DNA of 64,000 nucleotides from Psilocybe cubensis (Eukaryota): NCBI GenBank assembly GCA_017499595.2, contig CM039006.1, positions 992,001 to 1,056,000 of the forward strand, read 5' to 3'. Shown piece by piece: positions 11,669 to 25,253 of this stretch (position 1 is its first letter; each line of letters starts with the position of its first letter). The notes under the pieces were generated by a model. It saw only the letters and a program-made list of their open reading frames with translations, ran no database searches and was not told where the DNA came from. The position numbers and the translations under genes were made by a program.

Positions 11669-13865
11669 ATGCCGGACATTCTTCGAGATTCTACCGTTGG
11701 CTTGATTATCAACACACTGTCCAAAGGACGTCTTTTGCCTTTCGCTGATCAAAAAAGAGGATGGTTACCCCCAGCGCATTTCGTATCTCCGCCTCCATCA
11801 TTTGCTTCTGCTGATGAAACACCAATAAAAGAGCCAGAGAGCGTTGTGGTAATACCCACAGAGGAGACTCCGGAAAAAGGCGTGGTAGTAGATCGATCTC
11901 CATTGGACTCACCACTGCCTCCGCCCCCACCCATATCTTCATCAAGTGGGAAGAAGTCTCCCGATGTGGTTGTCGATGTCGTTCCCGAAAGTGTGATGGC
12001 AAAGAGTTTCGACCCAAACCTAGTGACATGGTACGATGACAATGACCAGGACAATCCGCAGTAAGTAAAAATTGTTTTTCGTGATGGCAGGATTCATAAT
12101 TCAAATGTTTTGCAGGAATTGGAGTCTGGCAAAGCGAATTCTGGTCCTTTTCTGGATTTCTCTTCTCACTTTCAGCATATACATCGGATCAGCTATTTAG
12201 TCAGTATCTGTTTGACTTTATCCGCGAACTTGTGTGTTGAGTTTTGTGATATAGTACACCATCTATCCCCGGAGTAACAGAGCACTTTGATGTGTCGTTG
12301 ACCACTGCAACTCTAGGTCTTTCCCTATACGTTATCGGTTACGGTATTGGACCAATCCTCTTTAGCCCACTTTCAGAACTGCCGTCGGTTGGTAGAACGC
12401 CGGTTTACATGGCTACTTTATTCGTATTCGCCATCCTTCAAATTCCAACCATCTATGCTCCTAACATTCACACGTTACTTGCCATGCGTTTCTGGGCTGG
12501 ATTCGTTGGATCTCCCGCATTGGCAACAGGGGGTGCATCTATTCAAGACATGTACGTTATTAGTTGCAGCATTTGTCAATACGGTTACTGAATACGAACT
12601 ATAGATTTTCGCCCATGAAGCTGCCATACGTATTCATAGTTTGGAGCTGTGGAGCAGTCTGTGGACGTCAGTACATTTTCTCACCGTGAATTTAATTGCC
12701 ACCTAAAGCATGAATTGTACCAGCTGTTTTGGGGCCTGTTATTGGAGGGTTTGCTGCCCAGAACAAAGATTGGCGATGGCCTATTTTCGAACTCCTGTGG
12801 TTGTCCTCATTCACCTTCATCGTTCTCATGTTATGGCTTCCGGAAACAAATGCCGAAACTATCCTGCTGAAGCGTGCCAGACGCCTTCGTGAACGCACTG
12901 GAAACTTAAATCTGTATAGCGAAAGTGAGCTCAAGCAAGCTCATATGAGTGGATCGGATGTTGTTTTCGAGGCGCTTCTTCGACCATTCCAGCTTATGAT
13001 AGAACCGGCGGTTTTCTACGTCAACGTTTACCTAGCATTGGCGTATGCCATTTTTTACCGTGAGTATTACATTCTATCTAAGCACGGTTCAGTTAATGAC
13101 CACAGGGTTTCTGTATGTAGTATGGTTCGAAGCCTTCCCTCTTGTTTACGACGGTATATACCACTTCAAACTCGGACAATCAGGGCTTCCCTTCATTGGT
13201 CTGATTGTCACATGTATACTCACAAGTATCGGTTATATCTGCTGGAACTACTATTACGTCGAGCCACGATTTAAGGAAACAGGTTCGATGGAACCAGAAT
13301 CACGGCTTGCGGTGTCGCTTGTGGCTTCGGTCTTTATCCCGATATCCTTGTTTATGTTCGGTGCGGGCGTTTCTTTCTTCATTTTGTTTTATAGGTGCTC
13401 ATCTCAAGAAAGGATGGACTTCAAGATCCAGTATTCACTGGATAGTCCCTACCATTGGCGCCGCTCTATATCTTCCTGGGTAGGTTTATTTTGCCGTTAA
13501 TGTAAAACTGTCTATTAAATGATCCTGTCACGCCTAGGCTTTTCCTTTTGTTCCAAAGTGTACTGGTATATTTACCCATGTCCTATCCCACATACGCCGC
13601 ATCCGTACTTGCAGGAAATGACTTGTTTCGCTCTTGTGTGGCCGGCGCTTTTCCGTACGTGAAATGCCTCTCCTCTACGGTTGGCTGACTTGTTGATTAA
13701 TATTTCTGCAGGCTGTTTGGACGAGCAATGTACCTGAAGCTATCAATAGCTGGTGGATGTTCATTACTGGCCGGCCTCTCGATCGTCTTCATCCCAGGGT
13801 TGTGGTTTCTGTATAAGTATGGCGCTCGTATTCGAGCGCGTTCAAAATATGCGTGTCATGTGTAA
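11669..13865 (+). CDS. MFS drug:H+ antiporter, DHA1 family (Caf5/Flu1/Mdr1-like)
   Basis: [89 protein letters not shown] at 13863-13865. Confidence 0.93.
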
Positions 13866-14553
13866 AGCAATTCAAAAAATGCTTTGTACAGAACAAGAGT
13901 TGGGTTATTCCTCATACGCGAACCGCCACTCGTCTCACAACTGCATGGGTTGTTCAGTGTTCACTGCACGAAGGGTAACCTGCGGTACGGCCTTACTCTC
14001 ACTAAAAATTTCTGAACATCCACTTCCTGTGAAGTAGGCGTCATTTAATGTGGTTTGACATTCGTACTTATCAATGTTGTATGTTGTCTTCCATTTGTAC
14101 CTGTATTGCGTACCCTGGCAATTGTCACTATGGCAGTAGCGACTTGACCGAAGTCGTAAACTCTTATTCGAATTTCGAACCCACGTCTTTTGCAGACGCG
14201 GTTTGACACGTCGCTCTTTCGCGTATACTTGTCCTCCAGTTCATATCCTTGCGTGTCACTGGCACCACTGCCGTTGGATTCATTTTTTTCAGACGTGTTC
14301 GCAACGTTTCCTCCACGCCAGTCCACGCCGCCCAGCCTGAGGAATGCACAGCCTTCAACTTTTAGAATGCGTCGCCGACACCGGCGGGAAATATTTTGGT
14401 GAACAATGGCACAAACCCATTATGAGGTATATTTAAGATTTATGACTCGATGATCATCAATTTACACGTATATAAAGCCTCTCGAAGTCCCTCAATCTCC
14501 ATACCTCAGGGTAGAATACAACTTACCACACCTTCCACCACCAGGCCACTGAC

Positions 14554-15354
14554 ATGTCATCTGAACCGAAAACCGCGGAGATTGTGGCCCCTATCTTCGA
14601 CTTTTCCAAAACCCCCATAGCAGACGACTATCAAGGGTTCTATGTTAAAGTACTCGATGACGTGTTTACTCCCGAGGAATGTGCAGAGTTCATTGCTCTG
14701 GCAGAGTCGAAGCAACAGTGGAAGCAAGCAGCTGTGCACTACGGCCTTTTGCCCGATCAAAACTACGTCGATGTCGATTATCGAAACAGTTTGCGGATAT
14801 TGCATTTCGATCACGAAGCTGCTGAGCGGATCTATCAGAGGTTGCTGCCATATGTCCAGGAGCTCGTCAGGATTGAACCGGGAAGCGAATGGGAAGGGGT
14901 TATGGGCTACAAAGGAGCAGTGAAAGGAACTTGGGATCTGGTTGGGTACGTCCCTTAATTTCCTCAGTAACATTTTTTCTTTGTCACTATATTGACGAGT
15001 ATATTGGTTTTTCATAGTGTCAACGAACGTCTCAGCTTTTTGAGATATGAAAAAGGACATTACTTCAGGCCTCACTGTGACGGTCTTCAGAGGCTTCCAG
15101 ACGGACGATATGGCAAGGTCACATTGCAAATTTATCTAGGTGAAGACGGTGTAAAAGGAGGAGCCACGAGGATCATAGGCAAGGATGGAAAATATGTTGA
15201 TATTGAGCCGACAAAGGGACGGGTGTTAATTTTTCAGCACAGGGATCTGTACCACAGTGGCGAGGACGTCAGTGAAGGTGTCAAGTTCGCATTAAGGAGC
15301 GATTTCATGTTTCGCGTCCGATATCCAGGCCACGCTGACGAGCGCGGTCAGTAA
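14554..15354 (+). CDS. 2OG-Fe(II) oxygenase, prolyl 4-hydroxylase-like
   Basis: Two exons (intron ~14947-15017); NERLSFLRY, H-x-D (HCD), distal His (LYHSG), KFALRSD; TATAAA at ~14471. Confidence 0.9.
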
Positions 15355-15656
15355 GCAATTATACACCACAGATTTTATTCCGCCTGAGTCCTGCCACTTG
15401 GCAGTTCTTCTTGTTCTAGTTTTAATCAATATAGTGACTGAACTTACCTTTCTCTGAAGATGTCTCTTAAAAAGTTGAAATCGGGACCGCTAACAGACAT
15501 TTAAAAAATAGAGTCGTTCCATTGCACCGAAGTCCGGGAGTATGTACAAGGGCTACTACATCCAACGGCCGAATCAGATCCACTAGTGTCATCATTTGAT
15601 TCCGGCTATGGGCAATATTTCCGAGTCCCATTGGCATTGGGGCACGAATTGACTTC

Positions 15657-16189
15657 TTAGAGGTTGATGTTGATGGGAGTGCAACCAAGGGCAATCAGAC
15701 CGTCTAAAGGTAGAAAAATTGTCAAGGTCTGTCATAATATCGCAGAAAGAAGACATTTACTGAAGGAGTTGTTGGTGCAGCAGACGGGTTGAGCGGTGCT
15801 GGTTAAGAACGCGAAGTCAGGTACTGTCAATGGAGCGGCACATGAAGAGATACAAACCATGAGTTGCCTCCAATTCCGATGATTGAAAGGGGGCTGCAGG
15901 TAAGCCCGACAAGAGCAGTCACATCTTGAAGAACAATGCCCAAAAGGCCCAATAAAGCGGTAACTGCGCTGCTATCAGCAGTCTGGACACTGTTGCCTGT
16001 AGCACGAAGATGAGAATCAGTAAAGCCTTCAGACCGAGTAAAGCAGAACCCACAGCACTGGATATCTCCTGTGTTGCATTGGCTGGCAGGGATTCCTCCG
16101 CCAGAGCCGCCTCCCGTTCGGCGCACTGGAGTGACAGTGGCAGCAGCAAGGGTAGCGAAGGTGAGAGCAGATACGAGCTTGAACTGCAT
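15657..16189 (-). CDS. Class I hydrophobin
   Basis: Signal peptide and eight Cys over four exons: [14 protein letters not shown]...[29 protein letters not shown]-..[17 protein letters not shown]. Confidence 0.95.
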
Positions 16190-17508
16190 ATTGGATGAAG
16201 GTACTTAAACGAGGCTGTTTGAGTGAAGAATACAAGTAAGTTTTGCAGGGCTTTTATACCTGAAAACGCCTCTACTTGCTTTACATGTCACAATGCGCAC
16301 TCCATGACCGGGCCCCGAAACATTTCGATATTTCTTGGCTTCCTTACAAAAGATGAACTGTCCAAGTGGAGTGGACCGTACGCGCACAAAACCCGAAAAG
16401 GCGTCCAGGGTTATACGATGAGAAGGTACCTGATAGTAGTCTTTGGCTGGTCCTTTAAGAGAACATAACGTTGATATGACTGGTTATTGAAACCCACTGT
16501 AACGGTGGATAAATATATGTCAGTAGAAAAAAAGAGGTAGGCGTCCAGAAAATATCGGAGAACATGTAGTGGTATCAAAATGTAGGATGGAAAATATTAA
16601 GTGGTTCAAATGATATCGCTATGACCATGATATGACGAAAAGACCAGGAACGCGGGCACGATGGGCAAGAAGGTCGAAGGGACAGTATGAAGAGAACCCC
16701 GTATGTTGTTCGAATCTTGAACCCCAGATACCCTGAGTTATTAACGAGCGACAGTGTGAGAAGCACCTCGACGTCATGGCCTTGGCAAACCTTTGTTCAC
16801 CTCAATTTGAGGATTAACATGGAGGGAAGGAGGTATCGAATCCACATGCACAGACTGAATGAATAAGCGATGCTGAATTTGACCGCATAAAGAAAGGTAT
16901 CGGAGGTGTAAGTCTAATGACGTCGATACGCTTCCGCACGGATAGCAAGAGCAATTGTTTAAGAGAGCAAGATTTATGTCGAACTTTCCATGACTTGTTA
17001 AGTCTTGACGTAGTACGCCTTGGAATCCGTGTTGCAAGAAAGAAGTCTAGGAGCGGGAGTTGTGTCTATTCTCTTCGTTGACTCCTGCCTGAAATTTGAT
17101 GAGATTGTGTGTATGCCACTGCGCTTGCTGAGTGCTGAGAAGCGGCTCGTGTTACGGTCTGTCAACTTGACAAAGCCCCAGAGGTGTGAGGGAACAAGAA
17201 CCATGTTATATTGGGGAAGATAGAGTATCTGAGCATAGACAACCATTTTGGAAGAGAAAGTAGTGGAACACTTGCCAGTGTTTGGCAAATGTTGTTGTTG
17301 ATGTTACAAACAATGGGCGGGAATTGGACAACCGGTCATTGTGATCATAATCACGTGACCATCTCATTGTGACAGTCACCATGCTACGACACCATCTGGC
17401 ATCGAGGGATACGACTGGCAAGTTGTTTTCAAGTTTCCCATATTCCCTACAAGGGTCCTCCTAATTCTTTCTTTTACCTGTGCATCGGGCCTGCTGGGAG
17501 CCGCTTTT

Positions 17509-19243
17509 ATGGAAGACAAATACATAGGCCTCGTGCTTGCTCTCCTTGGTTCAGTTCTTATTGGATCCAGTTTTATTATCACGAAAAAAGTACGCTTCTC
17601 TTTAGTTCAGGACCAGGGATGTAGGAATCAGAGGTTGAGGGATGGAGGGGCATGCAGTTATCTATACACTTGCTTACTGATATATCCTCACCTCAGGGCC
17701 TCAACGACGCAGCAACTGGAGGTAGCTATGGCGCACAGGCTTCTGACAATCTTGCATACTTCAAAAATCCCATATGGTGGCTAGGAATGGTGACCAGTGC
17801 GTCCTCTTCGACCAATTTTTCTTTTGTTATGAGCTAATGTAATTCGCAGTGGTTGTTGGAGAAAGTAAGAATCCAAATGCCGATTGAAGCTTTTCTCATG
17901 AATACCCACATCAGTTGCCAACTTTGCTGCGTACACATTCGCACCTCCAATATTGGTCACCCCTCTGGGAGCACTTAGTGTATTGATTGGGTATGTATTT
18001 TTCAAACATTCTTTGCTTTGCTGACCCTAAATCTTCAGAGCTGTGCTCGCATCATTTCTACTGGGTGAAGAATTAGGACATTTAGGCCGCATAGGATGCA
18101 CTCTCTGCCTTCTGGGTTCCCTCATCATCGTCCTACATGCACCGGAAGACAAACCCATCAATACTGTTGATGAGATTTTGCATTTCGCCATTCAACCAGG
18201 TTTGCTCGCCTCTACTGAAGATACTCTAATTGTACTAACAGATCCTAGGCTTCCTTCTCTATTGCTTTACAGTTCTGGTTTTCACGTTGTTCATGATTTA
18301 CATGGCCGTACCAAAGTATGGCCGCACGAATCCAATCGTTTACCTTTCCATATGCTCCCTCGTCGGTTCTATCAGTGTCATGGCCATTAAAGGCTTCGGT
18401 GTGGCCGTCAAACTCACATTCGCTGGAAACAATCAATTTACGCACCCCAGCACATACGTCTTCATGATCGTTGTTGCGCTTTCCATCATTGTACAAATGA
18501 ACTATTTCAACAAGGCTCTCGACACTTTTTCGACCAATGTTGTCAATCCCCTCTATTATGTCGGCTTTTCGTCGTGCACTATCGTCGCCTCTCTCATTCT
18601 CTTCCAAGGGTTCAACACTTCGGACGCATCCAACACTTTCTCTTTACTATCCGGATTCATTGTTACATTCCTTGGCGTGCATCTTCTCAATCTCTCGCGA
18701 ACCCCTGAACCTCCTCTGGATCACCTGAACGGACAACCGCATAGTCATTCCGCTTTAGAAGGTGGTCTAATGAACCCTCGACTTAGTTTGCAGGGCCGAA
18801 TGTCAATAGACGGCTGGAACGGCGTTGGAGGGGACCGTGGCATAGACATTCACATGGGTGGCGTTGCTGCTGGACGGCAGGCAGGCAGGCATGGCCGGCA
18901 GAGCTCTTTATATAAGGCGCAGTCAACGACGTTGTTCAATGCTTTTGAAGAGGAAGAAGCGATGAATGGATCACCGTCATATCGCCATCAGCAGCACAAA
19001 CGACAACCCAGCGCTGACCTCCACCGGCTGCGCGAGGCAGAGGAGTGGGAGGAGGACAATGACATGGACGATGATGACGACAAGCGCGCACTCCTCAACA
19101 AGGGAAAGCGGCGGCAGAACCCCAACGCATCCAACATCGCACTTCCGCTCACACGTAGCGGCAGTGGCGGCTCGCGCAGCCATAGCCATTCGCCTGTCCC
19201 GGATTCTTCGCTAACGGACGTGCGGATAACACCAAGGTCATAG
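17509..19243 (+). CDS. NIPA-family magnesium transporter (DUF803)
   Basis: MEDKYIGLVLA..SSFIITKKG, YFKNPIWWLGM, ANFAAYTFAPPILVTPLGALSV, QMNYFNKALDTFST. Confidence 0.95.
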
Positions 19244-19891
19244 GATCGCTCGCATGTGCTAAAATTTTTTTTCGCTTCGCTATTTTTATTTACGTGGACC
19301 TTCAAAAACCCTAATAATTGTCGTCACCGTCCTTTCCTCCATCTTTTCCTGTCCTCTGCCTTCAGTCTTGGGCATGGGTGTTTTGGTGTCTATATACCAT
19401 TGTTTTTCTATTTTAGCTAAATCGACACTGCTTACCGATGATAGACAACCACAAGAATCGTCTTCGCAGTACAAGCACAGTGAAAACCCAGTGCAATGCG
19501 GTTGCTACACATTTGTCGACTCTTCGCCATCCGAAATCCATGCCCTATCTCGACACCGCAAACAACATCAAGGGCATTACACATTTTCGATACCCCAGCC
19601 ACGCACGACCTACACCCGCAGCCTATGAAAACATAGTGATTCGGTCGACGACGATAAATCACGTATCATAAACGTATACCCGTATGAACTCATACTCTAA
19701 CGACACTTAATTACTTTTCCTGAGTTCGTAACCAATCCCCCATGATAATGTAACAGTTGTGGGTTGTCCGATGTGTAGAACTACTGTGGTTTATAGAGTA
19801 CTGGTTAGATGGACTAGTTGTATGCAGGGTGTAACATTCTGGGAAATGATGGGCTTTTTAAGGGTATAAGATGCTTGAGGTTGAAAAAAAA

Positions 19892-19990
19892 TGGTTCAAT
19901 CCAGGATCGAACTGGAGACCTTCTGTGTGCCAAATAAATCCGGCAAATCTCAATGTGAGACAGAAATCATAACCACTAGACCATTGAACC
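19892..19990 (-). tRNA. tRNA-Val: tRNA-Val(CAC) with 26-nt intron
   Basis: GGTTCAA/TTGAACC acceptor stem, TCTGT-CT CAC A[intron]C-ACAGA anticodon arm, TTCGATC T-loop, oligo-T terminator. Confidence 0.95.
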
Positions 19991-20162
19991 TTGGGGCAAG
20001 TGTGCCGTAGTACAATGGCTTTCCCCGTGTACGACAGGTGACTTTTTGGATCGCTGCTATCTACGCACCGGGCGGGTAAGTTGAATGCCTCTGTCAAAAC
20101 AGAGTCGAATCAAAAAAATTCCTTTCAACAACCATGAAGATACTAGCATGGGTATTCAAAAA

Positions 20163-20252
20163 GGGCCTCACTGGGAATTGAACCCAGGACCTCTTCCAAT
20201 TAAGAGATTACAAATCCCCAAAGGAAGAATCATGCTACTAGACCATAAGGCC
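20163..20252 (-). tRNA. tRNA-Pro: tRNA-Pro(TGG) with 18-nt intron; D-loop reads AG instead of GG
   Basis: GGCCTTA/TGAGGCC acceptor stem, CTTCC-TT TGG G[intron]T-GGAAG anticodon arm, CTGGG-TTCAATT-CCCAG T-arm, T5 terminator. Confidence 0.88.
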
Positions 20253-20439
20253 GATATGCGACATTGGCACATTTAGAACATGTCCGCGGCTGCCCCAGGA
20301 ATGGATTGGTTGCCGCCAGGTTGCCACTACTTCTTTTTTAATTTTATATGTGAGGACTGAACCAGCAAGGAGGACAAAATGAAAAAATATTTACAGTAAA
20401 CTTTGAAAGTAGGTAGCATGACATGATATGAAGCCGACA

Positions 20440-22977
20440 TTAAGGAATAGTTGATGACGAAATTGCCTCCTCTATATCTCGTGGTGTTGGTGTTGTTGAA
20501 TTAAGTGGATTAGACATATGGGATTGACCTGCCGGGAAGCCAGTGTCCATGGTAGTCTGTTGGAATGTAATCTCATCGTGTTTATGTTTAAATGGTCCTC
20601 GGACCCGCCGTACACTAATACTGGGCGCTGGTACACCGTTACGTAGACCTCGCCAGGAAGTTTGAGTTATAAAGGCCAATACATCGAAGGGGTCGCCAGT
20701 GCGTTCAAGGATGGTGTCGACCGAAACAGCTAGCGAGGGATCGTAATGTGTATCCGCGGGTCGGTTCATGTACTGTTGGATGATTGAAAGAAGCTTTTTG
20801 TAAAGATCATTGATGTTAGATTTTACATCGCTCCTCTCTTGTAACGCTGTTCCGATTGACCTAAGCGGTAGGGAGGCGTAAATCATGGCATAAAGCACAT
20901 TAAGACGAGGTTGCTCGTCAGAAAGGGTTTCATTGAGGTTGTAAGTCAAGTCTTGTAAAAAGGTTTCAACAGTCTCAGGAACGACATTCTGTTGATCGCT
21001 TCGCGCGATTTCGTTGATCTCCTGAGCTAAAGTCATGCCTAGGAGGTTGAAGTTATTCCAATTTTCGGGTTGAGTGTGAAGATCCCCTGGTTCTAATATA
21101 GTGTCTGGCTGACACAAATACCGGAAAAATCGCTGGTAGACCATTACACATTGACGTCTGATTAAAGCTAAGTATGATAACATCAAATGGGAATTGACTG
21201 TGGGATGAATAACACGTACCTCGGGTCCGACGGTTTTTGCGACCTCCGAGGTAGCCAAATTGAAGAAAAGCGGGGAAATGCATATCAGAACCAATAATTA
21301 TCTTCTTTCCAAACAAGTAATGTTGTATGCGGAGTCTGACCTCTTCGTGATGCAGAATCTGACGAGTATGTAATCCGGGGTAAGTGCGAAAATTAAGAAA
21401 TCTGTTCATATTCAGTTCATGCAATATTTTGATAGCATTTGAAATTGGGGTATATTCATCCGTTTGTCCGCCGCTCCACCCAGCGACATCGGGTTTCAAA
21501 CAGTCGATGAAGTCATCATCTGGCGTGAAGAAATCGGTGACTGGAATGAATGAACGAAAATGTTTGTTTCGTCCCCAAAGAATGTGAATGTTGATAGCAC
21601 GATAACCATAGTCGTTAATTTGAGACATTGTCATGAGTTTGGACAAATCAGTATAGCAGTGATATACATCAAATGATCTGTCTGTATCCTCTAGGAAAAT
21701 ATCAAAGTCGCGTACCGCAGACATGACATCGAAGACTGGGGGGATTTGAGAGGTGAAATCTTCAGTTCCGTCATTTTTGATAGCAGGAGCCATGTAGCTG
21801 TACCTAGAGTAGGCATCGCGCACTTGGAGCCAGATTAGATCAAAATCGATCCAATTCTTATTCCAAAACCTGAAGGATAGCAAGTGAAAACGAATAGGCA
21901 GCTTGGATTGGTCCATCGAATGAGCCAAAGGATGTCCAAACAATTTGGCGATTCGTTTGTATTGACGATGATGCAGGATTGGACGCACGGCGTATTGCAT
22001 GAGTCGTAATGGATAGCGCATTACTGACGCAAACAACCGAGGACAAGTGTCCAACCCTACCCGAAAAATATTCGCTTGTGGAGACTTGAACGGACATTGA
22101 GAGGGAGGTTTGGCAGACGGGACAGAGAAAACAAGGCAAAATCGTAGGTATACAACCTGAATTGCTGGAAGTGTAAACGTGACAACCAAAAATAGAAGAG
22201 TCATTGCAACCACAGTTGTAGCAGATACAGTGACGGCTTGACTGCCCAATGCACCCAAGAAATCAATCACCCCCGCAAAAAAGAGAACGACGGCTGTTTG
22301 TAGCATCAGAGGCAAAGCAGCAAGGATATCCCAGACATGCCATCTATCCATTCCTTCGGCGCGCATGTGGTGTATCGCAAAAGAATTGCGCGCAGATTGT
22401 CCAGGGTAAGCTTGGTACTCTCGAATCCATTGCAGGGCCACAATTCCTACAAGGACAGTGGTGAGACTAAGAATGAGTGATAAAAACCAAAAGACGTTGA
22501 CTCGAATGGCGGAGTGAGTGGGGGAGAAGAATTGTGATGGTAGAGCCACAGGAACAGTATCGTTGCCAGGATTATGAAGCTTGGTAGATATCTGTGTTAG
22601 CAAGGTCACAATATCCAAGTTCGGGTCAGGTTGAAGCGTTTTATAAGATTCAATGATGAATGCTGTCACGACAGCAGAGAAAAGACCTGCCTATAATGGA
22701 TGAATTTGTTTCAGAAGGTAGAAAAGAAACGGTCTTACAAAGATGAGAAGATTCCCAACTTCATCTTTCCATGCTTCGCATCGTATCTTTTCCTTCTGCA
22801 ACACGGGTTCTAGCAATTTTTGCCATGGATTCCCTTCTTTCTTTGGAGCAAATTTATAAGCTTCGTCGTCGATGGTCCATGGCTTTTGGTGGTCCTGTCA
22901 AATATGTACTCAGCTCCGGCGTTATAAGGATACAGCATTTTGTCAACCTGTTCGTCAAATTTTATATCGGTTTCCAT
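20440..22977 (-). CDS. DUF6535-like membrane protein
   Basis: METDIKFDEQ|DHQKPW...WKDEVGNLLIF|AGLFSAVVTAFIIESYKTLQPD...SAIRVNVFWFLSLILSL..QWIREY. Intron 21219-21168 joins the two long ORFs in frame. Confidence 0.85.
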
Positions 22978-24164
22978 ATTTAAATGAAACTTAAAGGCAC
23001 AATTGTGCACCGAGGCAGTGAATCAAACAAGGGAAAAAAGATAACTTCACTGCCAAGTACACGAAGCGGCCTGAATATTGTGTTACATAATCATTGTACT
23101 CACGGCCCCGGGCCAATGTTTGTTGGACGCATCACTCAACGTTTACTTTTTTCTTTACTTCAGTTGAAAACCGTTGCTTCGCTCGGAAGTCAAATTGAAT
23201 TGCGCAACATTATGTGATCAATTCAGAAACCGCATGACGGTTCCAGAACTTGTGGAAATTGCGGTGAGGAATGGCTCACTTACTTAGAGAACACTTGACA
23301 AAATTTGTGACTGGGAGTACTTTACCCTTCAACATCAAACTTTTATCAGAGCCTGGGGACGCTGAAGTTGTATGACTCGCAGTAGTTGCCAACACGTCAA
23401 GTAGCGATAGATTGTCCAGGATACATTCACGGACACGCTCTTCATGGGAATGATGTATAGATGGGGACCCACCTATCTGAGATATATATATAACATTTGT
23501 TCTCATGGCGCAAGTTGTAAACCTTGGAATCGGAAGACATAATGAGGTTTTTCAGAGAGCCTATGGATCTGGATTTGGGAGGATTTGGGTAAAAATTTTA
23601 TGTTGCGAAGTGGAAGAGTTGGATCGGCCGGAACCTTCCGACAACGTTGAATCGGAGTCGAACAGACTTTCAGGTTCTAGCCTTTGACTTGCTTAATCTT
23701 TCTTGTTTGAAAATTCTACATCACGTCCAACCCACGCAACAATAGACTAGTGTGAAATAAACCTAAATTACTACATAATATCTCGCAATGAAATTGCCAT
23801 TCAGCCTGAGTGTGCCCCATCACATGCCCTACTCACCGAACAGGCCTGAGGGTGGCAGGCATTTCAAAGGATCAAGAAAGTCAAGTAGCCAGACTTACGC
23901 TGACTGACAGAGATTTAAGGTTATATGCAGTCAGAAAATTGTGATAAGCACGGCGTCTTGACATCGTGTCTTGACACCTGTTTTCAAAGCATTCAATTCC
24001 ATTTTAAACTCGGTTGATGTAGGCACTGGCCGCAGATAAGAGCTCAGACAAGTAGTACAGGGGAAGAAATGATGTCTAGTAACTCCTGAAACTGAGTTCT
24101 AATCTTCGGAACTGCCATTCAACTGACCCTCAAGGCCAATTTTTTTTCTCTGAGCTTGTGCACG

Positions 24165-24833
24165 ATGAATATCAAAAGATACTCGGTCAGTATATGTATT
24201 CAATTGACTCTTGGAGCCTACCGCTGAACAAAGCTTATACTACTCCCCTTAGATCCTTTTATACGCACTTTTAATCGACCAGGCAGTTGGTCAACTCACA
24301 TGCGCAACTAACAATGATTTGATATCGACATTCAATTGTCCAAACCTCATCCAGCCATTTTGTGACCACCTTACTTCAGGAGCAGTGAAGGTAAGCGCAA
24401 CAGTCTCCATACAACTGGATTCTATCCCATAACATTGTTAAGTTTAACGCAGACGATGAACTCTTTCGCTGTTTCTTTAATTCAACCTTGAACGGCAGCT
24501 GTCAGTGCCGCCTCCGAGCGAGGTGTCTCTATGGATTAAATGTCAACTAAACATTATAATGTACTAGGTATTCTCCGTATTGCGGCTTCAGCAACTGCCC
24601 CGATAGGTCAGATATCAGATGACGCTACGTGCTCTGACACCCTTTTTGCTATAACTGGTCAATGTCCCAAGGTACGAATATTTAAATTGTGGCTTGTAGT
24701 TCATTTTCATATGGTATGACTTACCTCCACCTATCACCTAAAGGGTGGTTTCGGATCCTTGCCCGGGGCATCAATGATGTATGCCATCAATGCAGTGACT
24801 GGAGGGTGTAACATGCAAATAGCACCTCCATAA
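24165..24833 (+). CDS. Secreted 8-Cys Y3-like glycan-binding protein, 136 aa (not in the ORF track)
   Basis: Exons 24165-24185, 24253-24390, 24443-24500, 24568-24671 and 24744-24833 give MNIKRYSILLYALLIDQAVGQLTCATNNDLISTFNCPNLIQPFCDHLTSGAVKFNADDELFRCFFNSTLNGSCILRIAASATAPIGQISDDATCSDTLFAITGQCPKGGFGSLPGASMMYAINAVTGGCNMQIAPP. Confidence 0.82.
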
Positions 24834-25253
24834 TCAAGACGGAAACAACGGAGATATACAACACTGGAGAAAGGATGAGGAATATACATGGGTCTGAAAG
24901 GAATTTTTTACTGCACTTAATGAGGCCGTACAAGATCTATGCGCGACTCTAAAGTAAGACTGACAAGATTTATGTCAAGTAGAGCTGCGTACAGGGAAAC
25001 AAATATGCGACAGGCTTCCGTACATGTTTCACAAAGTCAAATTTGTTTCAAAGACCTCAAGAGTCCAAAGCAGTTTGATTAGAGAGTCAGGAAGGGGTGC
25101 AACTCCAAAGCAAATTATATCTTAAATCTCGTAAATGTTACCGTGCTATCAGGCCATTTGGCCAGCAATCTACTCTATACAAAATGAGGGTGTACATGTA
25201 TGCTACAATATGATCATGTATGCAAGGATTAAGAAAAGTATGATAACGAAAGG

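Noticed and set aside
16575-17421. Minus-strand ORFs between hydrophobin and NIPA genes
   Set aside because: No coherent spliced model or recognisable motif.
23276-23506. 76-aa ORF with a faint F-box-like stretch (VRECILDNLSLLD)
   Set aside because: Too short and unsupported; at most a relic.
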